Positions 27,415-37,265 of a DNA stretch of 47,490 bases are shown here, piece after piece. The stretch comes from Candidatus Woesearchaeota archaeon (GTDB lineage: Archaea; Nanobdellota; Nanobdellia; Pacearchaeales; GW2011-AR1): contig CAZYIS010000005.1 of the NCBI GenBank assembly GCA_964647695.1, positions 1-47,490 of the forward strand, in the 5' to 3' direction. Each line of letters starts with the position of its first letter. Within the stretch, counting starts at the first letter, position 1. The notes below the pieces were generated by a model, which made no database searches, was not told the DNA's origin, and saw only the letters and a program-made list of their open reading frames with translations. A program made the translations under genes and the position numbers.

Positions 27415-28347
27415 ATGAAGGGGTTAGATGTTTTTGTTATATTGTTGCTCTTTTTAACCCTAGGTCTAGGAGTTTATATCTTGATTGAAAGTCTCCCAGG
27501 TAAAACCGTACAATTTGAATCTCAGGGAAATAGTGTGGGTGGAAATTATTCTCAAGTTTATGCTAATCAGGGACAATTCTACCCTAACATGAGATATCCG
27601 GACAGGATAATAACCTACTCAGTTTCTGATTCTTGTAATGCGCAAAAGAAATTAGATATCGATAGTGCATTTAGTATTTTGGAAAACAAAACTATTTTAA
27701 AATTTGATAAGATTTCAGCCAATGGACAAATAGATTTTCTATGTTCTAATATAAGTCCAAGTTCTACAGATAAGGATCATTTCGTAGCTGGTGAAGGTGG
27801 TCCAGTGGATGTTTTCATAAGCGGAAAATATTACGTTATTATGAGTGGAAAAGTTTCGCTCTATAGAGATGAAAAGTGCAGCACTCCGCAAATTGCAATC
27901 CACGAAATTCTTCATGCCCTAGGTTTTGATCATAATAATAATCAAAAGAGTATTATGTACCCAGTAACCAGCTGTGATGAAACCGTTGATTCCTATATCT
28001 CTGATGAAATAAACCTTCTTTATGCAGATTATTCCTATGCTGATCTTATTATAAATAACGCCGATGCATCTAAAGCTGGAAAATATATGGATTTCTCTAC
28101 GCAAATATCAAATATTGGTTTGAAAGATGCAAAGGATGTAACTCTGCATTTATATGCTGGAAATACGGAAGTTAAGAATATTTCTCTAGGAGATTTACCT
28201 ATAGGTTCTAAAAAAAGGATAGATGGAAAAGATGTTACGGTTCCTAAAGATGCAGCCACCATTAGAATGATAGTATCCATTGGAGCAGGTCAAAGAGAAC
28301 TTAATTTGAATAACAATGAATTGGAGTTAAATGTTATATCTTCTTAA
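27415..28347 (+). CDS. Membrane-anchored matrixin (M10) metalloprotease with CARDB-like domain
   Basis: HEILHALGFDH, Met-turn SIMYP; ADL...NIG...ELNLNNN. Confidence 0.88.
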   Translation: MKGLDVFVILLLFLTLGLGVYILIESLPGKTVQFESQGNSVGGNYSQVYANQGQFYPNMRYPDRIITYSVSDSCNAQKKLDIDSAFSILENKTILKFDKISANGQIDFLCSNISPSSTDKDHFVAGEGGPVDVFISGKYYVIMSGKVSLYRDEKCSTPQIAIHEILHALGFDHNNNQKSIMYPVTSCDETVDSYISDEINLLYADYSYADLIINNADASKAGKYMDFSTQISNIGLKDAKDVTLHLYAGNTEVKNISLGDLPIGSKKRIDGKDVTVPKDAATIRMIVSIGAGQRELNLNNNELELNVISS

Positions 28348-28411
28348 TAGGTCAATCTTAAAAGAGCAATCTTTAAATATAACTTTTTATAGATATAACT
28401 AGGAAATAAAC

Positions 28412-28915
28412 ATGGCTGAAAAAGATCAGGTAGCAAAGGAAAAAGTAGAGCACACAGGTATTTTTGATTTTAAAGGAGTTTATGGTTTTGCCAATGGATG
28501 GTTTAGGGATGAAGGTTTTGATTTGGAAGAGGAAAAATATTCTGAAGTGGTGACTGGAAATAAGAGAAATATAAAATTCGATTGGAAAGCTACTAAGAAT
28601 ATGTCTGATTTCTTTAAACATGAATTAAAAGCTAAATTTGAAATAAAAGATTTGGAAGATATTGAAGTAGAGATAGATGGTAAAAAGAAGAAAACCAATA
28701 GAGGTAAAATTTCTGTGGAAGTAAAGGGAACATTAATTACGGATCAGTCCAGTAAATGGGATATTACTCCATTCTATAGATTTTTGAGAGATGCCTATAG
28801 CAAATATGTTATTCCGGCAAGGGTCGGAAGTAACGCAGATAAGGTTGTGTCTGATGTTATAGGATTTAAGGAAGAATTGAAGGCATTTTTAGAATTAAGT
28901 GGAAGAAGAAATTAG
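28412..28915 (+). CDS. Conserved hypothetical protein
   Basis: 167-aa ORF, beta-rich, core-like composition. Confidence 0.7.
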   Translation: MAEKDQVAKEKVEHTGIFDFKGVYGFANGWFRDEGFDLEEEKYSEVVTGNKRNIKFDWKATKNMSDFFKHELKAKFEIKDLEDIEVEIDGKKKKTNRGKISVEVKGTLITDQSSKWDITPFYRFLRDAYSKYVIPARVGSNADKVVSDVIGFKEELKAFLELSGRRN

Positions 28916-28976
28916 AAAAAAATAAATTATTTTGCGTAATACAAATATTTATATAATACTTACTTTTGATAAAAAT

Positions 28977-30350
28977 ATGATAAAAAAGATTTTGGTGTTT
29001 ATACTTGCTTTAACAATGGTATTACCATTGTTTGTTTCGGCATCGTTAGATGTATATAAAGTCGATAAGCAATCGGTAATTATTTCTGAACTTAATAATC
29101 CGGCAACATTTGAATTTGATATTACTAATAATGGATCGTCAGAAAGTGCTGAAATGTATTCTTTCGTAGGTGTTAGTTTTGTGCCTAACGGAACATTTAA
29201 TTTGGCCAGCGGATTGAATAAAATTGATGTGACTGCCCAATTGAATCCAGATCTAATGTCCAAGAGAGGCTATTACTATTTTGAATATGAAATTAAAGGG
29301 GCTAATTCCGGAATTACTGGAGATAAGATATTGGTTGAGATAAGATCATTAAAGGATTTGCTTAGTTTTGAAACGGATAAATTTAACATTGGCGATTCAG
29401 AAGTTAAATTGAAGGTTACCAATACTAAAAATATTAATTTAACTAATCTGAATTTACATTTTAATTCCATATTCTTTGATACGCAAAAAACATTAAGTTT
29501 TGCACCCTATGAATCTAAGGATATAACTTTGAAGGTTAATAAGGAAGGAATAGATAAGATTGAATCGGGTAATTATGTTTATCACACAGATTTGACTCTT
29601 GGAAAAGTCAATGTTAGCGTCGAATCAAGTTTGAATTATCTTCCTAGAGAAGAAATTTCTTCAACCACATCCAGTGAAGGATTTATAATTAGAAAATCAA
29701 CCTATACCAGAACCAATGTAGGTAATGTTGTTGCCACAGCTACAATTCAGACATCTAGAGATGTTTTGAGTAGACTATATACTATTAATTCCATTGAACC
29801 AGTTAGCGTTAAAAGAAATGCATTGTATGCAACCTACACTTGGGAAAAGAATCTTAATCCTGGAGAATCCTATTCGGTTACTACTACAACAAATTATACT
29901 TTGCCATTCATATTCATATTGCTGGTAATCGTTATAGCATTACTGGTTAAGGCATACACTAGAACCAATATGGTGGTTAATAAGAAAGTTTCCTATGTTA
30001 AGACTAGAGGCGGAGAATTTGCACTTAAGGTAACATTAAGCGTTAAGGCAAAGAAGTATGTAGAAAATATTCAAGTTATAGACAGACTACCTGGAATGAC
30101 TCAATTATATGAGAAGTTTGGCATAAGACCTGATAAGATTGACGCAGCAACCAAGAGATTATTCTGGAATATTGATAGATTGAACTCTGGAGAAGAAAGA
30201 GTTTATTCCTATATAATCTATTCAAAGGTTAATGTGGTTGGAAGATTTGAGCTACCATCAGCAACTGCAGTTTACCAAAGAGATGGAAATACGGAACAAA
30301 TCTTATCCAATAGAACATTCTTCGTGGCTGAAACAACTAGACATAGATAA
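28977..30350 (+). CDS. Surface/membrane protein with Ig-like domains on both sides of a TM helix
   Basis: Signal peptide from ATG 28977; LNPGES and LNSGEE Ig-like motifs; central TM. Confidence 0.75.
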   Translation: MIKKILVFILALTMVLPLFVSASLDVYKVDKQSVIISELNNPATFEFDITNNGSSESAEMYSFVGVSFVPNGTFNLASGLNKIDVTAQLNPDLMSKRGYYYFEYEIKGANSGITGDKILVEIRSLKDLLSFETDKFNIGDSEVKLKVTNTKNINLTNLNLHFNSIFFDTQKTLSFAPYESKDITLKVNKEGIDKIESGNYVYHTDLTLGKVNVSVESSLNYLPREEISSTTSSEGFIIRKSTYTRTNVGNVVATATIQTSRDVLSRLYTINSIEPVSVKRNALYATYTWEKNLNPGESYSVTTTTNYTLPFIFILLVIVIALLVKAYTRTNMVVNKKVSYVKTRGGEFALKVTLSVKAKKYVENIQVIDRLPGMTQLYEKFGIRPDKIDAATKRLFWNIDRLNSGEERVYSYIIYSKVNVVGRFELPSATAVYQRDGNTEQILSNRTFFVAETTRHR

Positions 30351-30426
30351 TTTTTAGGGCGCAAACAATCACTCGGTTTTTTGATATTTTAGTAATATTT
30401 AAATAGGATTCAAAAGGGGTATTTTT

Positions 30427-30717
30427 ATGACTAAAGATTTAGTATACCTTCATTTTCAGCAAGGTCGAGGATGGAATAAGAATAGATTTACTGCAGATGG
30501 AATAGATATTCTAGTTATGGATGCAATTCCTATTGGTCCACCAGTAGTAGTTAACGCAAGACAAGAAGAGATAACTCCAGAAACAGCAAGAATATCTGCT
30601 GGATATGAAAATAGAGGTGCTCAGGCATATACAGTCAATAAATGGCCTATTGGAAATGGAGATTTTAATGCTATCCAATTCTATAGATTACCTGAAAATA
30701 TTTCTTCTAAGAAGTAA
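30427..30717 (+). CDS. Hypothetical protein
   Basis: 96-aa ORF with upstream TATA. Confidence 0.5.
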   Translation: MTKDLVYLHFQQGRGWNKNRFTADGIDILVMDAIPIGPPVVVNARQEEITPETARISAGYENRGAQAYTVNKWPIGNGDFNAIQFYRLPENISSKK

Positions 30718-30788
30718 ATAACCATTAGTTTATTTAGAATATCTATCTTAATCATAATATTAATAAAGCAGGTTAATTCTATACTGTC

Positions 30789-31196
30789 ATGTCACAGCAA
30801 GATGATGAGATTGAAAGATTGAGGGAAACGGCTCAGACCATAGAGAAAAATAGAAAAGGAATCCATATGTATATTCCTGCAGAATTTAGATTTCCTTTTG
30901 CCTGGACCATATTTTTCGCCATATTTGGAATTTGTTTGCAATCGATAAAAACAAAGAGTTTTGCATTCATTGATTTTTTTGGTAATAATTATATGGTTTG
31001 GTTTAATAATTTTGGAAACTTCTCTTCAGCCTATGAGGTTTCTGGAATGAATGAAGTTCTGAGACTAATTGCCAATGATTGGTATTATTTCTTCTTTACA
31101 GGAGGCCTTATTGCGATTCTATGGGCGTTAATCTATTGGGCAATGCACATTGAACTAAGGTCTAGAAAAGATGATTTTTATGCTGGAAATATTTAA
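30789..31196 (+). CDS. Hypothetical membrane protein
   Basis: Two TM segments. Confidence 0.65.
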   Translation: MSQQDDEIERLRETAQTIEKNRKGIHMYIPAEFRFPFAWTIFFAIFGICLQSIKTKSFAFIDFFGNNYMVWFNNFGNFSSAYEVSGMNEVLRLIANDWYYFFFTGGLIAILWALIYWAMHIELRSRKDDFYAGNI

Positions 31197-31220
31197 GTAG
31201 TCTGCATTTATTCTAAATAT

Positions 31221-31593
31221 ATGAAATTAGAATCAAATTTTGAAGGACTTGCAAGTCGTCTAGAAAGACGCGATTGTTTTCCTTGTCGCCATTAAAGATA
31301 GATATAGGGTAGTAGGGGATAGATTTCTGGATGCTTTTTGTTCTGCTTGTTATTGTTATTATAGTGATCTGATGGATAGTAGTGGCTATTGTGAATTTAA
31401 TCAAAAATATGGTATAAAGAAATTGAATTTGGTAAAAAAGATGGGCGAAAAAAGATCCCCTGTGGAAGAAAAAGATAAGTTTGGGATATTGAAATTTATG
31501 CTAAAGGAGAAGGACATTGTTTATGACCTGCAAATGGAGATTAGAATAGCTTTAAGGGATAAAGACATTAAATTTAATAACCCTCGGAGGTAA
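31221..31593 (+). pseudogene. Possibly frameshifted hypothetical gene
   Basis: ATG 31221 frame stops at 31295; the +1 frame is open from 31264 to 31593. Confidence 0.3.
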
Positions 31594-31601
31594 ATATTTA
31601 C

Positions 31602-33068
31602 ATGAATAAGAAAGAGACTAAAGTTGAAAAAGACAATAAAGGTCTTACGGTTAAAAAAAGTGAGAATTTCTCTGAATGGTTTACGGAAATAGTTCAGAAA
31701 GCAGAGCTTGCAGACATGAGATATAATGTTAAAGGATTCTTAGTATTTCAACCTTGGAGCGTTCTTACTATGGAAAAAATGTATGGATTTATGGAAAGAG
31801 CTTTGCAAAGAAAAGGGCACAAACCATATTATTTTCCAACAGTTATCCCTGAAAAGAACTTTAAGATTGAAGGAGACCATGTCAAGGGTTTTACTCCAGA
31901 AGTATTTTGGATAACTCAAGGGGGAGATTCTAAATTTGAAGAAAAACTTGCTCTAAGACCTACTTCAGAAACTGCGTTCTATCAAATGTTTTCATTGTGG
32001 ATAAGAAGTTATAAAGAACTACCATTTAAAACTTATCAGAGAGCAAATGTATTTAGATATGAAACTAAAGCAACTAGACCTTTTCTTAGAAGCAGAGAAT
32101 TTCATTGGATAGAAGCTCATTGTGCCCATGCTACGAAAGAGGATGCAATGAAACAAGTTTATGAAGATATGGAAACAACACAAGAAGTTCTACATGATGT
32201 TTTTGGTTTACCATTTATTTTCTTTGAAAGACCAGCATGGGATAAATTTCCAGGAGCAGATAGAACATTTGCAGCAGATGTTTTAAATCCCGATGGAAAA
32301 GTTATACAACAACCATCAACACATTTGTTAAGTCAAGACTTTTCAAAAGGATTTAATGTTACCTATAAGGACAAAAATGGAAAGGACCAACTTTGTTGGA
32401 TAACTTGTTATGGTCCAGCAATATCTAGAATTTTTGCATCGGTAGCCATCGTTCATGGAGATGATAAGGGTCTTAGATTCCCTTGGGAAATAGCGCCCTT
32501 ACAGGTAGTTATAGTTCCTATTGCTGATGATGAAAAAATATTAAAAAAAGCCAATGAACTAAAGAAAGAAATTCAAAAAATAGCCAGCGTAGAAATAGAT
32601 ACTACTGATAAAAGCGCTGGAGAAAAATTCAATCTATGGGAAATGAAGGGAGTTCCTATAAGAATTGATCTTGGATTGAAAGATATTGCTTCTAAAAAGA
32701 TTACCGTATTCAGAAGAGATATTAATAAGAAAGAACAGGTAGATGAAAAAGATTTAACTGAATATGTTAACAAAGTAGCAATAGAATCTAGTAAGAATTT
32801 AATTAAACAGGCAGATAATTTATTCAATGATAAAATAAAAGATTCTAAAGATATTAAGAGCATTAAAAAGATTATTGAAGAAGGAGGAATTGCAAGATGC
32901 AATTTCTGTTCTGTCGATAAAGATGGCGAAGCCTGTGCCGAAGTTATTGAGAAAGAAACTGGAGCTGAAGTTAGAGGAACAAAATTAGAAAAGGAAACTG
33001 CAAAAGGAAATTGCGCAATTTGTGGTGAAAAGGCAAAGGAAGTAGTCTATATTGCTAGAGCCTATTAA
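31602..33068 (+). CDS. proS: Prolyl-tRNA synthetase (archaeal/eukaryotic type)
   Basis: LRPTSET, FRYETK...FLRSREF, WEMKGVPIRI, C-terminal ARAY. Confidence 0.97.
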   Translation: MNKKETKVEKDNKGLTVKKSENFSEWFTEIVQKAELADMRYNVKGFLVFQPWSVLTMEKMYGFMERALQRKGHKPYYFPTVIPEKNFKIEGDHVKGFTPEVFWITQGGDSKFEEKLALRPTSETAFYQMFSLWIRSYKELPFKTYQRANVFRYETKATRPFLRSREFHWIEAHCAHATKEDAMKQVYEDMETTQEVLHDVFGLPFIFFERPAWDKFPGADRTFAADVLNPDGKVIQQPSTHLLSQDFSKGFNVTYKDKNGKDQLCWITCYGPAISRIFASVAIVHGDDKGLRFPWEIAPLQVVIVPIADDEKILKKANELKKEIQKIASVEIDTTDKSAGEKFNLWEMKGVPIRIDLGLKDIASKKITVFRRDINKKEQVDEKDLTEYVNKVAIESSKNLIKQADNLFNDKIKDSKDIKSIKKIIEEGGIARCNFCSVDKDGEACAEVIEKETGAEVRGTKLEKETAKGNCAICGEKAKEVVYIARAY

Positions 33069-33073
33069 TTACT

Positions 33074-34333
33074 ATGGAATTTAATTTTAATCCCGGAGAT
33101 GAAGTAAGACTTAGACTTGCTCAGGAAGAAATTGATGGAACAATACTAGAAAGTGCTGATGGGGAAATAATTCTCTTAAAACTCAAATCAGGATATAACA
33201 TTGGAATTCCAAAGGAAAATATTCTTGGAGGAAGAGCATTGAAGAAATATGTGAATGAAAATAAAAAGTATGAAGTTAAACAGAATAAGGAATTACCGAG
33301 TATTGGACTAATAATTACTGGAGGAACCATTGCTAGTAAGGCATCGCAGGCAACGGGAGGAGTTAAACCTATATCCGATGTTAACGAATTTCTTTCTTTC
33401 TATCCTGAGCTGTTGAAAATTGTAAATGTTAAAAAACTTGAAGTGCCATTTAAAATGTGGTCAGAAGATATGTCTACCGAACACTGGATTAAAATGGCTG
33501 AAGCAATTGAACCTATGCTAAAGGATGATTCGATAAAAGGAATTATTGTTTCCCATGGAACAGATACATTACATTATACGGCTGCGGCTCTTTCATTTTT
33601 TATTAAGAATTTAAATAAACCGGTTGTTTTAACCTACAGCCAGAGAAGTATTGATAGAGCATCTAGCGATGCAAATTTGAATTTGCAATGTGCGGCAAGA
33701 TTTGCCATTTCGGATTGTGCTGAAGTAGTTCTAGTAGGACATGGAACAACCAATGATGATTATTGCTATGCCCTTAGAGGAACTAAGGTAAAGAAAATGC
33801 ATTCTTCAAAGAGAGATGCGTTCAAACCAATTAACTGTGAGGCTATTGCAAAAGTATTTACTGATAAAGTGGAATTTCTTTCCAAATTTAAGGCAAAGAG
33901 CGATGTTAAACCTGAAGTAGATACTAGTTTTAGTGATAAGATTGCATTGATCAAATATTACCCTGGACAGGATCCATCCATTCTAGACTTTTATGCTCTA
34001 AAATATAAGGGGATAGTTATTGAAGGAACTGGATTGGGTCATGTGGCTAGCAATAATGCGCTAAAACCTTGGATAACTAGTCTAAAGAAACATATTAAGA
34101 ACGGATTAGTTGTTTGCATGACTAGTCAAACCATAAATGGGAGAGTAGATCCTTATGTTTATTCTACCGGAAGAGAATTGATGGATGCAGGAGTTATATT
34201 CCTAGAAGATATGTTGGCCGAGACTGCATTCGTCAAACTAGGCTATGTGCTAGGTCATTACGGATGGAAGACTAATGTTAAGGATAAAATGTTGGAAAAT
34301 ATGGCTAATGAACTGAATGATAGAATTAGCTAA
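33074..34333 (+). CDS. gatD: Glu-tRNA(Gln) amidotransferase subunit D
   Basis: KLKSGYNIG, TGGTIAS, HGTDT, SQRSIDR. Confidence 0.95.
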   Translation: MEFNFNPGDEVRLRLAQEEIDGTILESADGEIILLKLKSGYNIGIPKENILGGRALKKYVNENKKYEVKQNKELPSIGLIITGGTIASKASQATGGVKPISDVNEFLSFYPELLKIVNVKKLEVPFKMWSEDMSTEHWIKMAEAIEPMLKDDSIKGIIVSHGTDTLHYTAAALSFFIKNLNKPVVLTYSQRSIDRASSDANLNLQCAARFAISDCAEVVLVGHGTTNDDYCYALRGTKVKKMHSSKRDAFKPINCEAIAKVFTDKVEFLSKFKAKSDVKPEVDTSFSDKIALIKYYPGQDPSILDFYALKYKGIVIEGTGLGHVASNNALKPWITSLKKHIKNGLVVCMTSQTINGRVDPYVYSTGRELMDAGVIFLEDMLAETAFVKLGYVLGHYGWKTNVKDKMLENMANELNDRIS

Positions 34334-34521
34334 TAATGTCTTCTTAGAGCAGCAGTTAATTTAGATAGATTTGCGGAACCTATAGATGCTTGAGGGAGGT
34401 ACTTTCTCATTTCAATAACATCAGATTTATTCAATAGCTGGGGTGCAGAGGTATAACATTCCAATAGCCTTAGGGCTCTTTCAGTGCCTTCAAATTCAGC
34501 CATAGTTATTGATCTGACCAT
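34330..34521 (-). CDS. Small hypothetical protein
   Basis: 63-aa ORF with TTTATATA about 25 nt upstream. Confidence 0.4.
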   Translation of the reverse strand: MVRSITMAEFEGTERALRLLECYTSAPQLLNKSDVIEMRKYLPQASIGSANLSKLTAALRRHY

Positions 34522-34561
34522 GATTATTAGGGTGCTTAGAAGTATATAAACATTATGAATG

Positions 34562-34584
34562 TTGTAACTGTTAAGAGGTTACAA
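34562..34584. promoter_or_regulatory. Inverted repeat TTGTAAC-N9-GTTACAA upstream of the NTase-Fic operon TATA
   Basis: Seen directly; followed by GGTTTAAAA. Confidence 0.5.
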
Positions 34585-34622
34585 AACGTAAGGTTTAAAA
34601 AGGATTTGGCCTAGTATAATAT

Positions 34623-35636
34623 ATGGATAATTCAGACGTAAAAGGAGATAGAGTACCCGCAGGGAATACCAAAGAAATCATTTATGTAGATCCCACTACC
34701 CAAGGATATATTGAATATTTTGATCATTTGAGAGCATTTAACGCAAAGGTACATAGAGAACTAGGGGAAGATATGGGTAAAAAATTCTCAGAATACGGTC
34801 AAGGAATTGCATTTGCTACAACTGGAAGCGACTCAAGATTAGAAAAAGGACCTGTATCCCCAGTCGAAATAGTACTTTATACCCAAGATAAAAGAGATTA
34901 TGAAACTATGTTGGCCCAACCTTTAGATCAATATCTAAAGAATAATAGAAATTATTTTCACTTAGATGGATTAGATTTGAAATTTATTGGCGCAGAAATG
35001 ATGAGTTACTTTGTAACTAATAGAGGTAAAGAAAATGAAGGTAAATTATTATCTCCTAACAGAGTATTAGATTCTACCATGTTATTTGGAGATCAGAATA
35101 TGCATAATTTGGCTAAAAGATATTTGTATCAGGAGATTAAATCATCTGATGGAAAAGCTATGGCTGATAAAATAAAAGATAAATTAAGAGGACATAAAAA
35201 GATAACATTAGAAGGAACTCAAAACTACCGAGGATTTCCACTAGAACATTTTAATTTTGAAAGTGGAATTGCCAATTATGATCCTGAGAAAAATCTGCAA
35301 TCATTTAAACAGGGACCTTTGAGAACAACACAATATGCATTGGTTAATGGTGTCTGTACAATGATTAGAAGAGGAGATGATGAGTCATTAATTTCTAGTT
35401 TGCCATCTAATACCATAGACAAAATACATGCATTGGAAGTTGAAGGCAAGACTGGATTGTCTCAACAGAATATACGTGAATTATCGGATAACTATAAATT
35501 CTTTTTATGGCTATATCATAAATCTCAACATGCCTATAGAACTAGTGGAATAACCCAAACTGGATTTGATAGTGGAGAAGCTAAAGAAAGAGCAAAGAGT
35601 TTAACCAGCATCTGTTCTGAACAGATTGTAAAATAA
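34623..35636 (+). CDS. Putative GlnD/DUF294-like nucleotidyltransferase
   Basis: FATTGSDSRLE...SPVEIVLY resembles GS..R.E...SD.D; SFKQGPLRTTQ resembles the substrate-binding helix K.g.LR..q. Confidence 0.55.
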   Translation: MDNSDVKGDRVPAGNTKEIIYVDPTTQGYIEYFDHLRAFNAKVHRELGEDMGKKFSEYGQGIAFATTGSDSRLEKGPVSPVEIVLYTQDKRDYETMLAQPLDQYLKNNRNYFHLDGLDLKFIGAEMMSYFVTNRGKENEGKLLSPNRVLDSTMLFGDQNMHNLAKRYLYQEIKSSDGKAMADKIKDKLRGHKKITLEGTQNYRGFPLEHFNFESGIANYDPEKNLQSFKQGPLRTTQYALVNGVCTMIRRGDDESLISSLPSNTIDKIHALEVEGKTGLSQQNIRELSDNYKFFLWLYHKSQHAYRTSGITQTGFDSGEAKERAKSLTSICSEQIVK

Positions 35637-35637
35637 A

Positions 35638-36438
35638 ATGGTCAATCAAATACTTGTGGATAGAATAATTGTAAATGAAATAGGAAATAAACTAATAGCA
35701 TTAAGAGAAAGAAAAGGCAGTATATTCTATTCTCTTTTAAGATCAAATAGTAGAGATGCATTAGAAAGAGAAGCCATACTTCATTCTTATAAAATAGAAA
35801 ATCCGGGTGAGCCCATCGATGAAGCTACAAAGTTTAAATGCCATCCATCTAGACGAGCCATAAAAAAAGGAGTAAAAAGTTTGAGTGATGCATTTAATTG
35901 GGGAGTAAAAAATTTTGATCCTAAAAAATTTAATAAAACTTATGTTGAAGAAATAGCTAAAAGAATAAATCCTAAGGGATATCCTGACGGTGGAAGAGGA
36001 TACAGAACTGAAAGAGCGATGGTTAAAGGAGTTAATGAAGAGAGAGTTATGCCTAGTGATATATCTTGGGAAATGGATTTATATTGTGAAAATATAAGTG
36101 AAATGCTAGAAAAAGGAACATTGATCATGGCTCTTGAAGCAGCAGCCTATGCTCACCTGCATCTTGCAAGAATACACCCATTTGAAGATGGAAATGGTAG
36201 AACAACGAGAGCATTACAGAATATAATTCTGGATAGAAACAATTTGCCGCCGGTAATAATTTTTGGTGGAGAAAGATATGAATATTATGCTCACCTGCAG
36301 GGAGCTATTGATGACTGGAATGCTTATGGAAAGCATGATAAATCTCAAAGACCCAATACGCCTACTAGAGAAAATGATTTTTATAATTTTATGGCTGGAA
36401 GGGTCTCTTCCTCATTAGATAGGATTATAGGTAAATAA
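35638..36438 (+). CDS. Fic-domain protein
   Basis: HPFEDGNGRTTR; N-terminal SYKIEN inhibitory motif. Confidence 0.92.
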   Translation: MVNQILVDRIIVNEIGNKLIALRERKGSIFYSLLRSNSRDALEREAILHSYKIENPGEPIDEATKFKCHPSRRAIKKGVKSLSDAFNWGVKNFDPKKFNKTYVEEIAKRINPKGYPDGGRGYRTERAMVKGVNEERVMPSDISWEMDLYCENISEMLEKGTLIMALEAAAYAHLHLARIHPFEDGNGRTTRALQNIILDRNNLPPVIIFGGERYEYYAHLQGAIDDWNAYGKHDKSQRPNTPTRENDFYNFMAGRVSSSLDRIIGK

Positions 36439-36439
36439 A

Positions 36440-37231
36440 ATGGTTAGCAGAAACTTTATCGATGGCAGAATATTAAATGAAATAAAAAGTAAAAAAGAAC
36501 AATTGGATTCATGTAACCACTGTGTTATAAAGAATGCTATTAAAAGATATAAAGAAAATTGTATCGAAAATGAAGCAACATTACATTCATTTAGAATAGA
36601 GCATGATTCTCAGTTTTTTAGAACTGATTATAATACTCATGCAAGTAAAAGAACCATAAGAAAAGGAGCAAGTAATATAAAACATGCAATGATTTGGGGA
36701 TTGAGAAATATAAATTTGCATAAATTTGATGAAGCGTTTGTTAAAGAAATAGCAGTAAAATCAGCACCAGAAGTATTTATGAGTGATTTAGGATATTATA
36801 GGACTGATAAAGCCAAAGTAATAGGTTCTGATTGGACTCCTCCAGAAGCAATAAAAGTACCCAGAGATATGAAAAGATTTACTCAATTTATAACTTGGAA
36901 TACTGATAAGGAGGATATTTCTACAGTTATAGAATCAGCAATATATGCTCATCTACATCTAGTAAGAATACATCCATTTGAAGATGGGAATGGAAGAACT
37001 GCAAGAACATTGCAAAATGTTATATTAGAATCTGTAGGATTGCCTCCTCCAATTATTTATGCTGGAGAAAGGCATGATTATTATGGACATTTACAAAATG
37101 CAATAAATGGATGGAGAGACAGAACTGGATCGGATAGCGATCAAATTGGAGATTCGCCTGCTGAAAATTCATTCTATGATTATATGGCTGGAAAAATATC
37201 TGCTTCATTGGATCGAGTTTTGAATAGATAA
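36440..37231 (+). CDS. Fic-domain protein (paralogue)
   Basis: HPFEDGNGRTAR; SFRIEH. Confidence 0.92.
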   Translation: MVSRNFIDGRILNEIKSKKEQLDSCNHCVIKNAIKRYKENCIENEATLHSFRIEHDSQFFRTDYNTHASKRTIRKGASNIKHAMIWGLRNINLHKFDEAFVKEIAVKSAPEVFMSDLGYYRTDKAKVIGSDWTPPEAIKVPRDMKRFTQFITWNTDKEDISTVIESAIYAHLHLVRIHPFEDGNGRTARTLQNVILESVGLPPPIIYAGERHDYYGHLQNAINGWRDRTGSDSDQIGDSPAENSFYDYMAGKISASLDRVLNR

Positions 37232-37265
37232 TAACTTTTAATAACCTGTATTCTTAATTAAAAGA

